The translations under genes and the position numbers were made by a program. DNA of 64,000 nt from Dehalococcoidia bacterium (GTDB taxonomy: Bacteria > Chloroflexota > Dehalococcoidia > Plut-88900): the NCBI GenBank assembly GCA_965207225.1, contig CBDBLV010000005.1, positions 1,856,001 to 1,920,000 of the forward strand. The letters are read 5' to 3'. The notes beneath the pieces were generated by a model that was not told where the DNA came from, did not search any database, and saw only the letters and a program-made list of their open reading frames with translations. Within the stretch, counting starts at the first letter, position 1. Each line of letters opens with the position of its first letter. This document shows, piece by piece, positions 48,774-58,754 of the stretch.

Positions 48774-49769
48774 CTAGCCGGAGCGGCGTTTGTGGGCGAG
48801 GGCGGCGATCGCTTCGACGACGACCCGGTGGGCGTGCTCGGCGGTGACGGCGCCGGGGCCGTCGTAGGGAGGGGAGACCTCGACGACATCCATGGCTACG
48901 AGGTTGACCCGTGAGACGATATTGCGGACGGCACGGAGGAGTTGGCTGGGGCTCATGCCGCCGGGCTCGGGGGTGCCGGTGCCGGGGGCGAAGCCCGGGT
49001 CAAGGACATCGATATCGACGGAGAGGTAGATCAACTCGGGGCCGTCCAGGGCCTCGTTGATTGCCTCGTCCATGACTACGTCGAAGCCACGCTCATCTAG
49101 CTCGGTCATCAGATGCCACCTCATGCCCTGCTCCTCCATCCAATGCCAGACCTCGGCAGGGGGCCAGTAGCCGCGGAGGCCGATCTGGACGAAGTTCTTC
49201 GCAGGAACGGCACCGCTTTCGATGAGACGTCGCATGGGGCTGCCATGGGCGATGAGGCTGCCACCAAAGCTGTCGGGGGCAGTGTCGGCGTGGGAGTCGA
49301 AGTGGATGATGCCGACCTTGCCCCGGCCCCAGGCGTCGGCGACGGCGGTGGCGGCTGGGAGAGTAATGGAATGGTCTCCGCCGAGGACGATCGGGAGGGT
49401 TTTGGCGGCGAGGACGTCGGCGACTTTACGGTTTATGGCCGCGTGGGCGAGTTCCAGGGAGTGGGGTGAGCAGTTGGCGTCGCCGAAGTCGACGACCTTG
49501 AGGACAGCGAAGGGCTGCACCTTGAGGGAGACGTGGTACATGGGCTCGACGGGGCTTCCACCGACGTAGCCCGCGGCCTGACGGATGGCCCGGGGTCCGA
49601 AGCGGGTGCCGGGCCTGATGGTGGTGCCCATGTCGAAGGGGGCGCCCATGATGGCGACGTCGGGGGAGAGGCGCTTCAGTTCCTCGGGGTCGGTGACATA
49701 AGGGAGTTTGAGGAAGGAGGGTAGGCCGACAAATAAGGGTTCTGCCTCGGGAGGGGGTTGGGTAGTCAT
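48774..49769 (-). CDS. Agmatinase-like ureohydrolase
   Basis: GAPFD, RPGTRFGPRAIR, GGDHS, HFDSHAD, HGSP, DIDVLDPGFAPGTGTPEPGG, VEVSP. Confidence 0.9.
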   Translation of the reverse strand: MTTQPPPEAEPLFVGLPSFLKLPYVTDPEELKRLSPDVAIMGAPFDMGTTIRPGTRFGPRAIRQAAGYVGGSPVEPMYHVSLKVQPFAVLKVVDFGDANCSPHSLELAHAAINRKVADVLAAKTLPIVLGGDHSITLPAATAVADAWGRGKVGIIHFDSHADTAPDSFGGSLIAHGSPMRRLIESGAVPAKNFVQIGLRGYWPPAEVWHWMEEQGMRWHLMTELDERGFDVVMDEAINEALDGPELIYLSVDIDVLDPGFAPGTGTPEPGGMSPSQLLRAVRNIVSRVNLVAMDVVEVSPPYDGPGAVTAEHAHRVVVEAIAALAHKRRSG

Positions 49770-49850
49770 ATATTCATTCCAAGAGGAAACATGGTACTGT
49801 TCTCACGGTGCATGACAAATTGTGCGCATAGCTCAATGTAACATCAAGAC

Positions 49851-51380
49851 CTAGAGCATCTCCCTGACCATTTGCCTGGCATGGACCATGTCTGCAGCCA
49901 GCCTATCATCCGATATATCGGCAAAACCTGACAACATGGCAGATGCCTCACCCCGTACCCCGGCGATGATTGCCGGCTTCCCGGCAACCATCTGTCCAAT
50001 AAGTGTCCCAGCGGTATCATCCACATAAGTAGTCTTGCTGAAGTCGAAGATAACGGCCTCGCTGACCTTGATGTCTCTTCTTAGAATTCGCTCCATCGAC
50101 CGGGCGGAGGCCACAGACACCCTGTCCGGCAGGATTACCAGAGCGACTCGGGAAGAGAAGGCGTCGGCGTCGGGCCAAATGATGATGTCAAGCAACGGAA
50201 CGGATATGAGACGATCCAGTTCCTGCCGTTCAGACCGGGCGGCGCCCACCAAAGCTGCCACCACCAGGCCTATCAAGATAGCAGTGACGAAGTCGACCAG
50301 CACCGCGAAGGCCACGGTAGTGAGCATTACGAATGCGTAGCCGAGAGGCATTCGCCGCAGCCTCCGCAGATATCGCCAGTCAATGATGCGGTAACCATTA
50401 ACCATGATGATGCCGGCGAGGGCGGCCAACGGAATGTGAATGGCCTGGAGGACCAAGAGGGACAACACCAAGAGAGAGGCGGCAGTAATGCCAGCAATCA
50501 TGGTCCTGCCTCCGGCATGGGCATTTATGAGGCTGGTTGAGCTGACGCCACCCGGGGTACCGCCGATCAGCCCGGCGGCGACGTTGCCGAGTCCTTGCGC
50601 CATCAATTCCCGGTTGGGCCTGTGCACTCCGCCGGTAATCGTATCCGTCTGCAAGGCCGTCAAGAGCGTCGTGGCGGCGGAGAGTAGCGCCATGGTGAAA
50701 GCAGGCGTAATGACTGCCGCATCGAACACCGGCAGGGTCAGGTCAGGCAAACCTCGGGGGATATCCCCGATTACAGGGGCGTTCTTCAGCCAGAGTATGC
50801 CCGCCAGGCTTCCGGCGACCAGGGCGGCGAATTGGGATGGGGCATATTTAGATAGCTTACGGGGCCAAAGAAACCCAACGGCTATGGTAATGATGGCGAT
50901 TGCGAGGGCCTCATAGTTCACGGAGGCGCCAAGCCACTCCCCGGCATTGCCGACGATGCCGCCCGGAGCCGTAGGCAGCCCCAAGGCAGGCAAGACCTGC
51001 GTTGCGATGAGAAGGATGCCAGCGGCGGTAAAGAACCCCGAAAGAAGGGAATGGGGAATATAGGTAATGAACCGCCCGAGGCGCAATACGCCGAAGGCCA
51101 CCAGGAACAAGCCTGCCAACAGGGCGGCGGTGAACGCGCCCTCCAACCCGTAATCGGCGACTACCGGGCCCATGACCACAGCGACAAACACGTTGGGGCC
51201 CGATATAAAGGCCCTGGTGCCCCCGGTTACGGCTGCCAGAAAACCAATGGCGATGGCGCCATAGAGACCCGAGGCAGGTCCGACTCCGGCAATGATGCCG
51301 TAGGCCATGGCGGTGGGAATCAGAATCACGCCGACTACAACGCCCGAAAGCAGGTCAGTTGTTATAACCTTCAGATTCAT
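49851..51380 (-). CDS. SulP/SLC26 anion transporter with STAS-like tail
   Basis: DLLSGVVV..IPTAMAY, GLYG, ISGP, NRELMAQGLGN, IPLAALAG, IFDFSKTTYVD. Confidence 0.88.
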   Translation of the reverse strand: MNLKVITTDLLSGVVVGVILIPTAMAYGIIAGVGPASGLYGAIAIGFLAAVTGGTRAFISGPNVFVAVVMGPVVADYGLEGAFTAALLAGLFLVAFGVLRLGRFITYIPHSLLSGFFTAAGILLIATQVLPALGLPTAPGGIVGNAGEWLGASVNYEALAIAIITIAVGFLWPRKLSKYAPSQFAALVAGSLAGILWLKNAPVIGDIPRGLPDLTLPVFDAAVITPAFTMALLSAATTLLTALQTDTITGGVHRPNRELMAQGLGNVAAGLIGGTPGGVSSTSLINAHAGGRTMIAGITAASLLVLSLLVLQAIHIPLAALAGIIMVNGYRIIDWRYLRRLRRMPLGYAFVMLTTVAFAVLVDFVTAILIGLVVAALVGAARSERQELDRLISVPLLDIIIWPDADAFSSRVALVILPDRVSVASARSMERILRRDIKVSEAVIFDFSKTTYVDDTAGTLIGQMVAGKPAIIAGVRGEASAMLSGFADISDDRLAADMVHARQMVREML

Positions 51381-51645
51381 GGGTGCGGATGTTAGGGAGG
51401 CCTAAAGTCACAAAAGCAATTCGGATGCGCCTTAGCTCCCACTCAGGTTGGCGCTTGAAAGTGCCTACACAGGGATTATCGATTTGGACACAGGTGGCAG
51501 CATTCCAAGCTCTATTGAATAGATCTCAGAATGACTTTGTCATTCTATGGGAACCGGACTGAAACCCACAAGAATGGGTTCTGTTGACCGTACGGCTGGG
51601 TGGGGTATAAATTAGCGTTGTTCTCAGCAACCGGAGGTATACATA

Positions 51646-52698
51646 ATGGCAGCGTCCAAGCCGGGCTACATCAACTCTTACGTGGGGTTCCCATCTTTCT
51701 TCGGGGCGCCGATTATCGGTCGGGAGGACGTGCAGGAGGGGATGACGGTGGTGGCGGGGGTGCCGATAGACGAGGGGATAAACATCGGGAGGAAGGGTGC
51801 GAGGTTCGGGCCACGGGGCATAAGGGAGGGCACGTACAAGTACCGAATGGTGCAGGAGATGGCGGAGGACAGAACGACGGTGGACCTGGACAGCCATCTG
51901 GGTTTCCGGTTCAAGGGGGACGGGCTGCTGGCAGACATTGGGGATTTGGACATTTCGCCACAAGACATAATGGTGACGACGGAGGGTGTGGCGTCCGGGG
52001 TGAGCGATATCGTGCGTCGGGGCGGGTCACCAGTGATCCTGGGCGGTGACCACTACGTTTGCTACCCGGGATTTCTCGGGTTTGCGCGGGGGATGGTGGA
52101 GAGGCAGTCGAATCCGAGGATAGGATACCTGCACATCGACAGTCACCCGGACTTCTGGGACGAGCTGCAGGCGGGGAGCCGATACAACCACGGGACCTCA
52201 GCACGGCGGATCAGTGAGAATGCCACGATAAATTACAAGAACATGGCGTGGCTCGGGCTGAACGGGGCGGTGCTGGACGCGGAGCAGTATCGCATGTACA
52301 GCGACCACAGCCTGAAGATGGTCACCGCCCGGCAGATGCTGGACAAAGGGATAGAAGAGGCGCTCAAGGAGGTGCTGGAGGTGGCGGCGGACAGCGTGGA
52401 CGCGGTTTACGTGAGCGTAGACATAGACGTTGTGGACGGGTCGGAGTCGCCTGGGACTACGGCTTGCGTGTACCAGGGGATCAGGGCGCGGGAGTTTCTT
52501 TCGCTGATGACGGCGCTGGGACAGTACGACATTATCAAGGGCATCGACCTCTGTGAAGTTGCGCCGCCCCTGGACCCGACGGACAGGACGATGCACCTGG
52601 CGGCGCTTGGTTTGCTGGCGACGCTCGGGCCCCGGATGTTCGAGACGATAGACATGAAGACCGGCAAGCCAACGGGAAGCGGAGGGTTCTCCTACTAG
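51646..52698 (+). CDS. Divergent arginase/agmatinase-family ureohydrolase
   Basis: GVPID, GARFGPRGIR, GGDHY, HIDSHPD, NHGT, DIDVVD..SPGT, CEVAP. Confidence 0.85.
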   Translation: MAASKPGYINSYVGFPSFFGAPIIGREDVQEGMTVVAGVPIDEGINIGRKGARFGPRGIREGTYKYRMVQEMAEDRTTVDLDSHLGFRFKGDGLLADIGDLDISPQDIMVTTEGVASGVSDIVRRGGSPVILGGDHYVCYPGFLGFARGMVERQSNPRIGYLHIDSHPDFWDELQAGSRYNHGTSARRISENATINYKNMAWLGLNGAVLDAEQYRMYSDHSLKMVTARQMLDKGIEEALKEVLEVAADSVDAVYVSVDIDVVDGSESPGTTACVYQGIRAREFLSLMTALGQYDIIKGIDLCEVAPPLDPTDRTMHLAALGLLATLGPRMFETIDMKTGKPTGSGGFSY

Positions 52699-52707
52699 GG
52701 ACTGCCC

Positions 52708-53850
52708 ATGGCAAAGATGCTCTTTGTGGATGTGGACGGACACATCCTGGAACCGGCGAATCTGTGGCTTGACTACATAGAACCGCGGTTTAAGGACCGG
52801 GCGATGCGCGTCGATACGGACCTGGCGGGGCTGGAGTGCTGGAGCGTGGACGGTGAGCCGATACCGTTCTTCTCGAGTGGAACGGCCGTGGATGCAGCTA
52901 CGATAGGCAAGGACCAGAAGTGGCGTCGGGAGAAGATTTTCGACAGCCACGAAGTGAACTGGGACGACGGCCTGGAAATGAATCCACCGGCGTGGAAGCC
53001 CGACCGGCGAATCGCGATGATGGATGATGAGGAGATAGACGGCAGCTTTCTGTTCCCCACGCTGGGGCTCACGCTGTCCCGGATAGAAGACAGGGAACTG
53101 AGTGCGGCCCACTGCAGGGCGTATAACAACTGGATCAGGGACTTCTGTGCAGATGGGAATGGTCGGCTGTTCCCTGCTGTGACGCTGCCCTGGGGGGACG
53201 TTCAGCGGGCCGTGGGTGAGCTAAAGAGAACTTCGGAGTTCGGGGCGAGGGCGGTGCAGGCCCCCAATACACCACCGAATGACATGTCCTACGGGAGGCT
53301 GAGATGGGACCCGCTCTGGGCGGAGCTGGTAAGCCAGGGGCTTCCTGTTTCGCTGCATGTTGGGAATGCCGGCACTACGTCGGGGAGCATCCTGTACCCG
53401 GAGTTCTCATTGCCAAGCTGGTGGGACCTGGTCACGGGGCCAATCGATTCCATGCTGAGCTTCCTGAGCTTCTTCCAGGGCGGGGTGTTCGACCGGTTCC
53501 CAAAGCTGAAGGTTGTTGTCCTGGAGTCAGGGGCGGCGTGGCTGCCGTGGCTGCTGATAAGGATGGACGATATGCGGGATGTAATGGGGTTCACGACGGA
53601 GTCGAAGCGGCAGCCTACGGAGTATTTCTCAACGCAATGCTGGGTCTCGGTGGACCCGGGGGACGAGCTGGGACAGTTCGTAATCGAGCAACTAGGCGCA
53701 GATAGAGTCCTTTGGGCGTATGACTACCCTCACTCGGACGGGGGCAAGGACCCGGTCCGGAATCTGAGGAAGCTTCTGCAGGGATTTACGCCAAGGGAGC
53801 GGAGATTGGTGTCGGGGGAGAATGCGGTGGGGCTCTACGGGCTCGAGTAG
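52708..53850 (+). CDS. Amidohydrolase_2 family protein
   Basis: DVDGHILEP, LFPTLG, AYNNW, LH, GGVFDRFP, YDYPHSD. Confidence 0.88.
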   Translation: MAKMLFVDVDGHILEPANLWLDYIEPRFKDRAMRVDTDLAGLECWSVDGEPIPFFSSGTAVDAATIGKDQKWRREKIFDSHEVNWDDGLEMNPPAWKPDRRIAMMDDEEIDGSFLFPTLGLTLSRIEDRELSAAHCRAYNNWIRDFCADGNGRLFPAVTLPWGDVQRAVGELKRTSEFGARAVQAPNTPPNDMSYGRLRWDPLWAELVSQGLPVSLHVGNAGTTSGSILYPEFSLPSWWDLVTGPIDSMLSFLSFFQGGVFDRFPKLKVVVLESGAAWLPWLLIRMDDMRDVMGFTTESKRQPTEYFSTQCWVSVDPGDELGQFVIEQLGADRVLWAYDYPHSDGGKDPVRNLRKLLQGFTPRERRLVSGENAVGLYGLE

Positions 53851-53931
53851 ACATAAACGCAGGATACATTGATTTCGAGGGGCTATACTGGGGCTTCAAT
53901 TAGCAGTGTTCAGACCAGGAGGTAAACGGGA

Positions 53932-55071
53932 GTGAACAATTCACCGATCATCGACGTGGACGGTCACATACTGGAGCCGTCAGACCTGTGGGTGAACAAC
54001 ATTGAGCCGAAGTTCAAGGACAGGGCGATGCACATGGGAGTCGGGGAGGACGGGCTGGAGCAGTGGTACTCAGAGGGAAAGGGCGACGTGTTCCTGAATC
54101 ACGGTACGAGCGCCAACATGGCCACTGTCGGCAGGACCAAGGAATGGAGACAGAAGAACATTTTCGAAAACCCGTCGTTGACCTGGGAGGAGGGGCGAGA
54201 GATAAACCCCGGGGCCCGGGACCCGGACGCACGGGTCGCATTGATGGATGAGGAAGAGATCGACAAGAGCATTCTTTACCCGTCGCTGGGGCTGAGCTGG
54301 GTTGCAACGAAGGACCCCTCCCTAGCTGCGGCCTATTGCCGAGTTTATAACGACTGGCTGGTGGACTTTTGCAGCGAGCATCCGGACAGGTTATACCCGG
54401 CGATAATTCTTCCGTGGACGGACGTTGACGAGGCGGTGAAGGAGCTGAAGAGGACGGCGGGAGTCGGGCCGAGGGCGGTGATGTGCCCGGCAAGCCCGCC
54501 CCATGACAGGTCGTATGGGTCTCGGTACTGGGACCCGCTATGGGCGGAATTCCAGGATCAGGACATGCCTCCGGCGCTGCACGTGAGCGCGGGAGGCACA
54601 CCGTCGAGCAGCCTGCTATATCCCGACATCACGATGCCTTCGTGGTGGGTATTCTCGACGTCCCAGGACATCCAACTGAGCTTCATGAGCTTCTTCCAGG
54701 GCGGCGTTTTCGATCGTTTCCCGAACTTCAAGCTGGTAGTGCTGGAGTCGGGGACGCTGTGGATGCCCTACATCCTGGACCGGATGGATGAGAAATACGA
54801 GGTGATAGGCTTCACCATGGAGTCGAAGGAGGAGCCGAGCACGTATTTCAAGACCCGGGGGTGGATATCCATGGAGCCGGAGGACGAGTATGGGGCATTG
54901 ACGGCGGAGCTACTGGGAGCGGACAGGATACTCTGGGCCTACGATTATCCGCACTCAGACTCGTGGACGGGGCCGGTGAAGACGCTGAGAGAGTCGCTCT
55001 CGAGGCTGCCAGAGGAGGACCAGCGCAAGGTGATGGGTGAGAACGCCCTGGACCTATACAAGATGAACTAA
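53932..55071 (+). CDS. Amidohydrolase_2 family protein (tandem paralogue)
   Basis: DVDGHILEP, LYPSLG, YNDW, GGVFDRFP, YDYPHSD; closely similar to the preceding gene. Confidence 0.88.
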   Translation: MNNSPIIDVDGHILEPSDLWVNNIEPKFKDRAMHMGVGEDGLEQWYSEGKGDVFLNHGTSANMATVGRTKEWRQKNIFENPSLTWEEGREINPGARDPDARVALMDEEEIDKSILYPSLGLSWVATKDPSLAAAYCRVYNDWLVDFCSEHPDRLYPAIILPWTDVDEAVKELKRTAGVGPRAVMCPASPPHDRSYGSRYWDPLWAEFQDQDMPPALHVSAGGTPSSSLLYPDITMPSWWVFSTSQDIQLSFMSFFQGGVFDRFPNFKLVVLESGTLWMPYILDRMDEKYEVIGFTMESKEEPSTYFKTRGWISMEPEDEYGALTAELLGADRILWAYDYPHSDSWTGPVKTLRESLSRLPEEDQRKVMGENALDLYKMN

Positions 55072-55082
55072 AGGCCTGAGTC

Positions 55083-55826
55083 CTAGAGGTAAGACTCCAG
55101 CCAAGCGAGGGTTAGTTGGAGGATGCGGTCCATGTCCTCGGGGCGGCGGAGGGCATGCTCGGCGCCCTGGATGATTTCGAGCATTTTGGGCTTGCGGGCG
55201 TGGGCGTAGAGTTCGCGGGCCTGTTCGACGGGGACGTCATCATCAAGGCTTCCATGGATGATCAGGACGGGTCGGTCCAGCTCGGCTGCAGCCTTGCATA
55301 AATTGTATTTCGCTCCGTCTTGGAAATAGTCGAGCTTCAGCCTCTTCCCTGAGGGCAGAGAGAAATAGCCCGTGGAATGACATTCGGCAAGGTGTTCTTC
55401 CGTGGGTGATTGGGGTCGGGAGGGAGTGGCGAGGAGGACGTAGACTTTAACCCTCTGGTCCTGGGCGGCGACGGGGACTTCGCCGCCGAAGCTGGACCCT
55501 AGGACGGCGATGCGGTCGGTATCGATGCCAGTGTTTTGGAGGAAATCCAAAGTGGCACGGTAGTCAGCGATGCGGGCGGACAGGGTGGTGTCCTCGAAGA
55601 GGCCGTCACTAGCGTCGGGTGGGTAGCCGCAGCCTCGGTAGTTGAACTTGAGGATGGCATATCCACGCTCTATGAGTTTAGGGGCCAGGAAAGACCACTT
55701 GGTGCCGTCCTTGCTGGCTTCAAAGCCGTGGGACATGAGGATGCATGGGGCGTTGGGAGCGGGGATGGCGAGGTCGCCGCGTAGGGTATCGCCGTCTACA
55801 GAGAATTCGACGCTGTTGGTTTGCAT
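55083..55826 (-). CDS. Alpha/beta hydrolase
   Basis: HGF, FNYRGCG, GSSFGG nucleophile elbow, IHGSLDDDV, GAEH. Confidence 0.88.
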   Translation of the reverse strand: MQTNSVEFSVDGDTLRGDLAIPAPNAPCILMSHGFEASKDGTKWSFLAPKLIERGYAILKFNYRGCGYPPDASDGLFEDTTLSARIADYRATLDFLQNTGIDTDRIAVLGSSFGGEVPVAAQDQRVKVYVLLATPSRPQSPTEEHLAECHSTGYFSLPSGKRLKLDYFQDGAKYNLCKAAAELDRPVLIIHGSLDDDVPVEQARELYAHARKPKMLEIIQGAEHALRRPEDMDRILQLTLAWLESYL

Positions 55827-55927
55827 GGCAGTGAATGGAGAGACTGGAAGGTTGGAGGCGAGGGCAAGGATACCATTTCCGGCCTCACATTGCGGGGTGG
55901 AGAGGGGTGGGATAGAATTAGCTATCG

Positions 55928-56002
55928 GGGCTCGTAGCTCAGCGGCAGAGCGGTCGGCTCATAACCGATTGGTCCCTGGTTCGAATCCAGGCGGGCCCAC
56001 CA
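55928..56002 (+). tRNA. tRNA with CAU anticodon, most likely tRNA-Ile2 (lysidine)
   Basis: Cloverleaf GGGCTCG/CGGGCCC, anticodon loop CTCATAA, TTCGAAT, encoded CCA; G1-C72 pair excludes fMet; GGGC..GCCCA acceptor looks Ile2-type. Confidence 0.88.
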
Positions 56003-57579
56003 CGCTTGACGGTAGACAGAACCGGGGCGTGGAGAGCCACCTCCTCTGTGTCCCTTCCCCCTATCGGAGCATCCTCCGGCATAGGGATGGAGTAGCGCAG
56101 CAAAGCATTGCCAGGCATCACCACGATCTCCTTCACGAAGGATTCGATGAAGGCCCTGCGCTCGGTCAACTCGCTCTTGTTGAGGAACACGCTCATGTCC
56201 AAGGCGTAGGCCGTGATGGTCTCCACGTCGTCCAGGATCTCCCTGCGCTGCGAGAGCATCGCCCTGGCCTCGGTAGCAGACGCCTCCAGCTTCTCCTGGC
56301 GCTCCCGGTGGTCTCTGATGCGGAGCTTGAAGTCCTCGATGTCCAGGTCGGTGGTCTCCGCGAGGTCGTAGAGCCGTCCCAGCCTACGCTTCACGTCCTC
56401 AAGCTCCGACTCGATAGTCTGAAGCTTCTGGCGCTGCTCCTTGGCGATGCCGTCCATCTCCTCGTCCACCAGCTTCACCAACTCCCGGATGTTGGACTCG
56501 GTGAGCACGTTCTCCCTGATCTTTCCCACCACCATCTCCTCGAAGCGCCGTGCGTTGAGCCTGGGGGTCTCGCAGGCGTGCCTGCCCCGCTTCATGATGG
56601 ACTGGCAGACGTAGTAGGCGTACCTCCCGCTCTTGGCGTCCTGGCCGCTAAGCGCCCCGTTGCACGTCCGGCACCTGACCAACCCGCTGAGCAGGTAGGT
56701 GCTTCCCACACGTCGGGGATGGGCCTTCCTGGGAGCCCGTGAACGCATTCGCTTGTTGACCCTCTTGAATTGGGCTTTGGTGACGATACCGTGGAACGCC
56801 TTGTCCACCCTGACCGGCTCGGCCTTATCCTTCCCTCCGACGCCCCAGAGGAGGGTTCCGGTGTAGGCTTCGTTTCGTAGGATGATGTGGACGCCGTTCT
56901 TGGACCAGAGCCTCCCCGTGGGGTTGGCGATGCCCTCGGCGTTGAGGGTCTGGGTGATGTCCAGGATGCCCCGGCCCGACTCGGCCATGGAGAAAATGCG
57001 CTTGACCACGGGAGCGGTTGCGGGATCGGGTTCCAGGGTGGGGCGTTTCTTGGCCCCGTCCTGCACCATGCGCTTCTGATAGCCGTAGGGCACCCTGCTG
57101 GCGACCCAGAAGCCTCTTGATGCGGCCTCCCGCATTCCCCGGCGAACTTCTTCGGCAAGATTTTCCGAGTAAAATTCGTCCACCGACTCGATGATGGCCT
57201 CCATGAGCCTGCCGGTGGCGGAGTCGTCGGCGTGCTCGGTGATGGAGACGACGCGGACTCCCTTGCGCCGGAGCATGGACTTGAAGGCGACGGCGTGTTC
57301 CCGCTTGCGGGTGAACCTCGAAAACTTCCAGACCAAAATCTCTCTGAAAGGGGCCTCGGGCTTGGCGGCCTCGTCGAGCATCTTGCGGAACTCCGGCCTG
57401 TCGGCGATGCGGCCGCTCTCGGCCTCGTCGATGTACTCCCTTGCGACGACGTAGCCGTTCTTGTCGGCGTAGTCCCTGAGTGCCCGCAGCTGGGCGGCCA
57501 CGGACAGGTCCACGTCCTGCCGGTCGCTGGACACCCTGGCGTACAGGGCCACGGGTATCAGGTCGGTTTGTTCACGCAT
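55939..57579 (-). CDS. Large serine recombinase/integrase
   Basis: ALYARVSS catalytic Ser, FSRFTR, VPYGY, LNAEG, Zn ribbon YLLSGLVRCRTC..YYVC..C, coiled coil; ATG after AAGGAG. Confidence 0.93.
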   Translation of the reverse strand: MREQTDLIPVALYARVSSDRQDVDLSVAAQLRALRDYADKNGYVVAREYIDEAESGRIADRPEFRKMLDEAAKPEAPFREILVWKFSRFTRKREHAVAFKSMLRRKGVRVVSITEHADDSATGRLMEAIIESVDEFYSENLAEEVRRGMREAASRGFWVASRVPYGYQKRMVQDGAKKRPTLEPDPATAPVVKRIFSMAESGRGILDITQTLNAEGIANPTGRLWSKNGVHIILRNEAYTGTLLWGVGGKDKAEPVRVDKAFHGIVTKAQFKRVNKRMRSRAPRKAHPRRVGSTYLLSGLVRCRTCNGALSGQDAKSGRYAYYVCQSIMKRGRHACETPRLNARRFEEMVVGKIRENVLTESNIRELVKLVDEEMDGIAKEQRQKLQTIESELEDVKRRLGRLYDLAETTDLDIEDFKLRIRDHRERQEKLEASATEARAMLSQRREILDDVETITAYALDMSVFLNKSELTERRAFIESFVKEIVVMPGNALLRYSIPMPEDAPIGGRDTEEVALHAPVLSTVKRGGPAWIRTRDQSVMSRPLCR

Positions 57580-57599
57580 TGGCTTCTCCTTGCTATCAA

Positions 57600-58754
57600 T
57601 CATACGGTTCGGTGTCTCAAAGAGCGGAGGCCGCTCACTGGGCTGGACTCGCCCCCCCAGCACTCCGTCAGGGCCTGTTCGGCATCGATGGACGGCACCC
57701 CGGCGGCCGGCTCCGCACTCACCAACGCCACCCCCGTATCGTGGAAGCCGAGGTCGGTTGCGGGCTGCGGCTTCTGTCCGGTCCTGACGAACTCGACCAC
57801 GGCCTCAATGCCCTGCACTGCCATCCGAACCGGATACTGCATGGCGGTGGCTCCAAGCTCCCCGGCGGCGACCCTGCTCACGCCGGAACAGGCCCCGTCG
57901 ATGGTGACGATCAGCACTTCGTGCTCCAGCCCCATGGAACGGAGCGCTGTGTATGCGCCCGCAGCCGCGGGCTCGTTGATGGCGTACACGAGTCGTATCG
58001 ACGGGTCCATGCGCATCAGGCGCTCCATCGCGCTGCGCCCGCCTGCTTCCGAGCCCATGGTGGTAGCGCTGCCGGCGATGCGCGGGTCATCCTCGTCATA
58101 TTTCCTCTCCGGGTCCTTGATGTCGATGCCGAAGCCGTGGAGGAAGCCCTGGTTGCGCATCACATCAACGGTGACCGGCGTCTCATAGCCGTCCAGCGTC
58201 GCGATCCGGGTCTGAGCCGCCAGCGGCCCCAGCCTTTGCCGAGCCCAAAGGCCGATCAGTTCACCGGCCCGCAAGTTGTCGGTGGCGAAGGTTGCGTCAA
58301 CCGTGTCCGGCAGGTCGAAGGGGGTGTCGAGGGCGATCACCAGCACGCCCTCCGAACGCGCTTGCGCGACCGCCGGTTCTAGGGCCAGCGGGTCCGACGG
58401 GGTGATGAGGATGCCCTTCGCGCCCGACTCTACCAGCTCCTCAATGGCCGCTAGCTGCGCCTGTGTATCCCCGTCGTAGGCGCCGCTGTAGGTGCGCAGC
58501 TCGACGCCAAGCCCCTCGGCGCGCTCAAGGGCCGCCTCGGTCATGGTGACGAAGAAGGGGTTGCCCTCGGTCTTGGTAATCAGCCCCACGATCACACGCT
58601 CGGACTCGGTGGAAGCAGGTTCCTGAGCGCAACCGATGAAAGTCACGACGATAAGGCAGAACGACATGGCGACGAAGGACGGCACCCTGGCAGACATGGC
58701 AACAGGCGTGCGGCCATTCGTCCGATTCATAGGTACGTTCTGCTCTCGGTTCAT
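57600..58754 (-). CDS. Sugar-binding (RbsB/FrcB-like) lipoprotein
   Basis: Lipobox-like FIGC, GLITKTEGNPFF, VIALDTP, FATDN, YAINEP, IDG, ATAMQYP; ATG overlaps the upstream TGA. Confidence 0.85.
   Translation of the reverse strand: MNREQNVPMNRTNGRTPVAMSARVPSFVAMSFCLIVVTFIGCAQEPASTESERVIVGLITKTEGNPFFVTMTEAALERAEGLGVELRTYSGAYDGDTQAQLAAIEELVESGAKGILITPSDPLALEPAVAQARSEGVLVIALDTPFDLPDTVDATFATDNLRAGELIGLWARQRLGPLAAQTRIATLDGYETPVTVDVMRNQGFLHGFGIDIKDPERKYDEDDPRIAGSATTMGSEAGGRSAMERLMRMDPSIRLVYAINEPAAAGAYTALRSMGLEHEVLIVTIDGACSGVSRVAAGELGATAMQYPVRMAVQGIEAVVEFVRTGQKPQPATDLGFHDTGVALVSAEPAAGVPSIDAEQALTECWGGESSPVSGLRSLRHRTV

Noticed and set aside
55928-56002. Initiator or elongator tRNA-Met
   Set aside because: G1-C72 pairing and no triple G-C anticodon stem exclude fMet; the acceptor stem looks Ile2-like, though elongator Met cannot be fully excluded by eye.
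55642-56742. 366-aa plus ORF and other long antisense ORFs (e.g. 3650-4579, 5643-6662, 25656-26774, 57232-58188, 60266-61261)
   Set aside because: Shadow frames of well-supported opposite-strand genes in GC-rich DNA.
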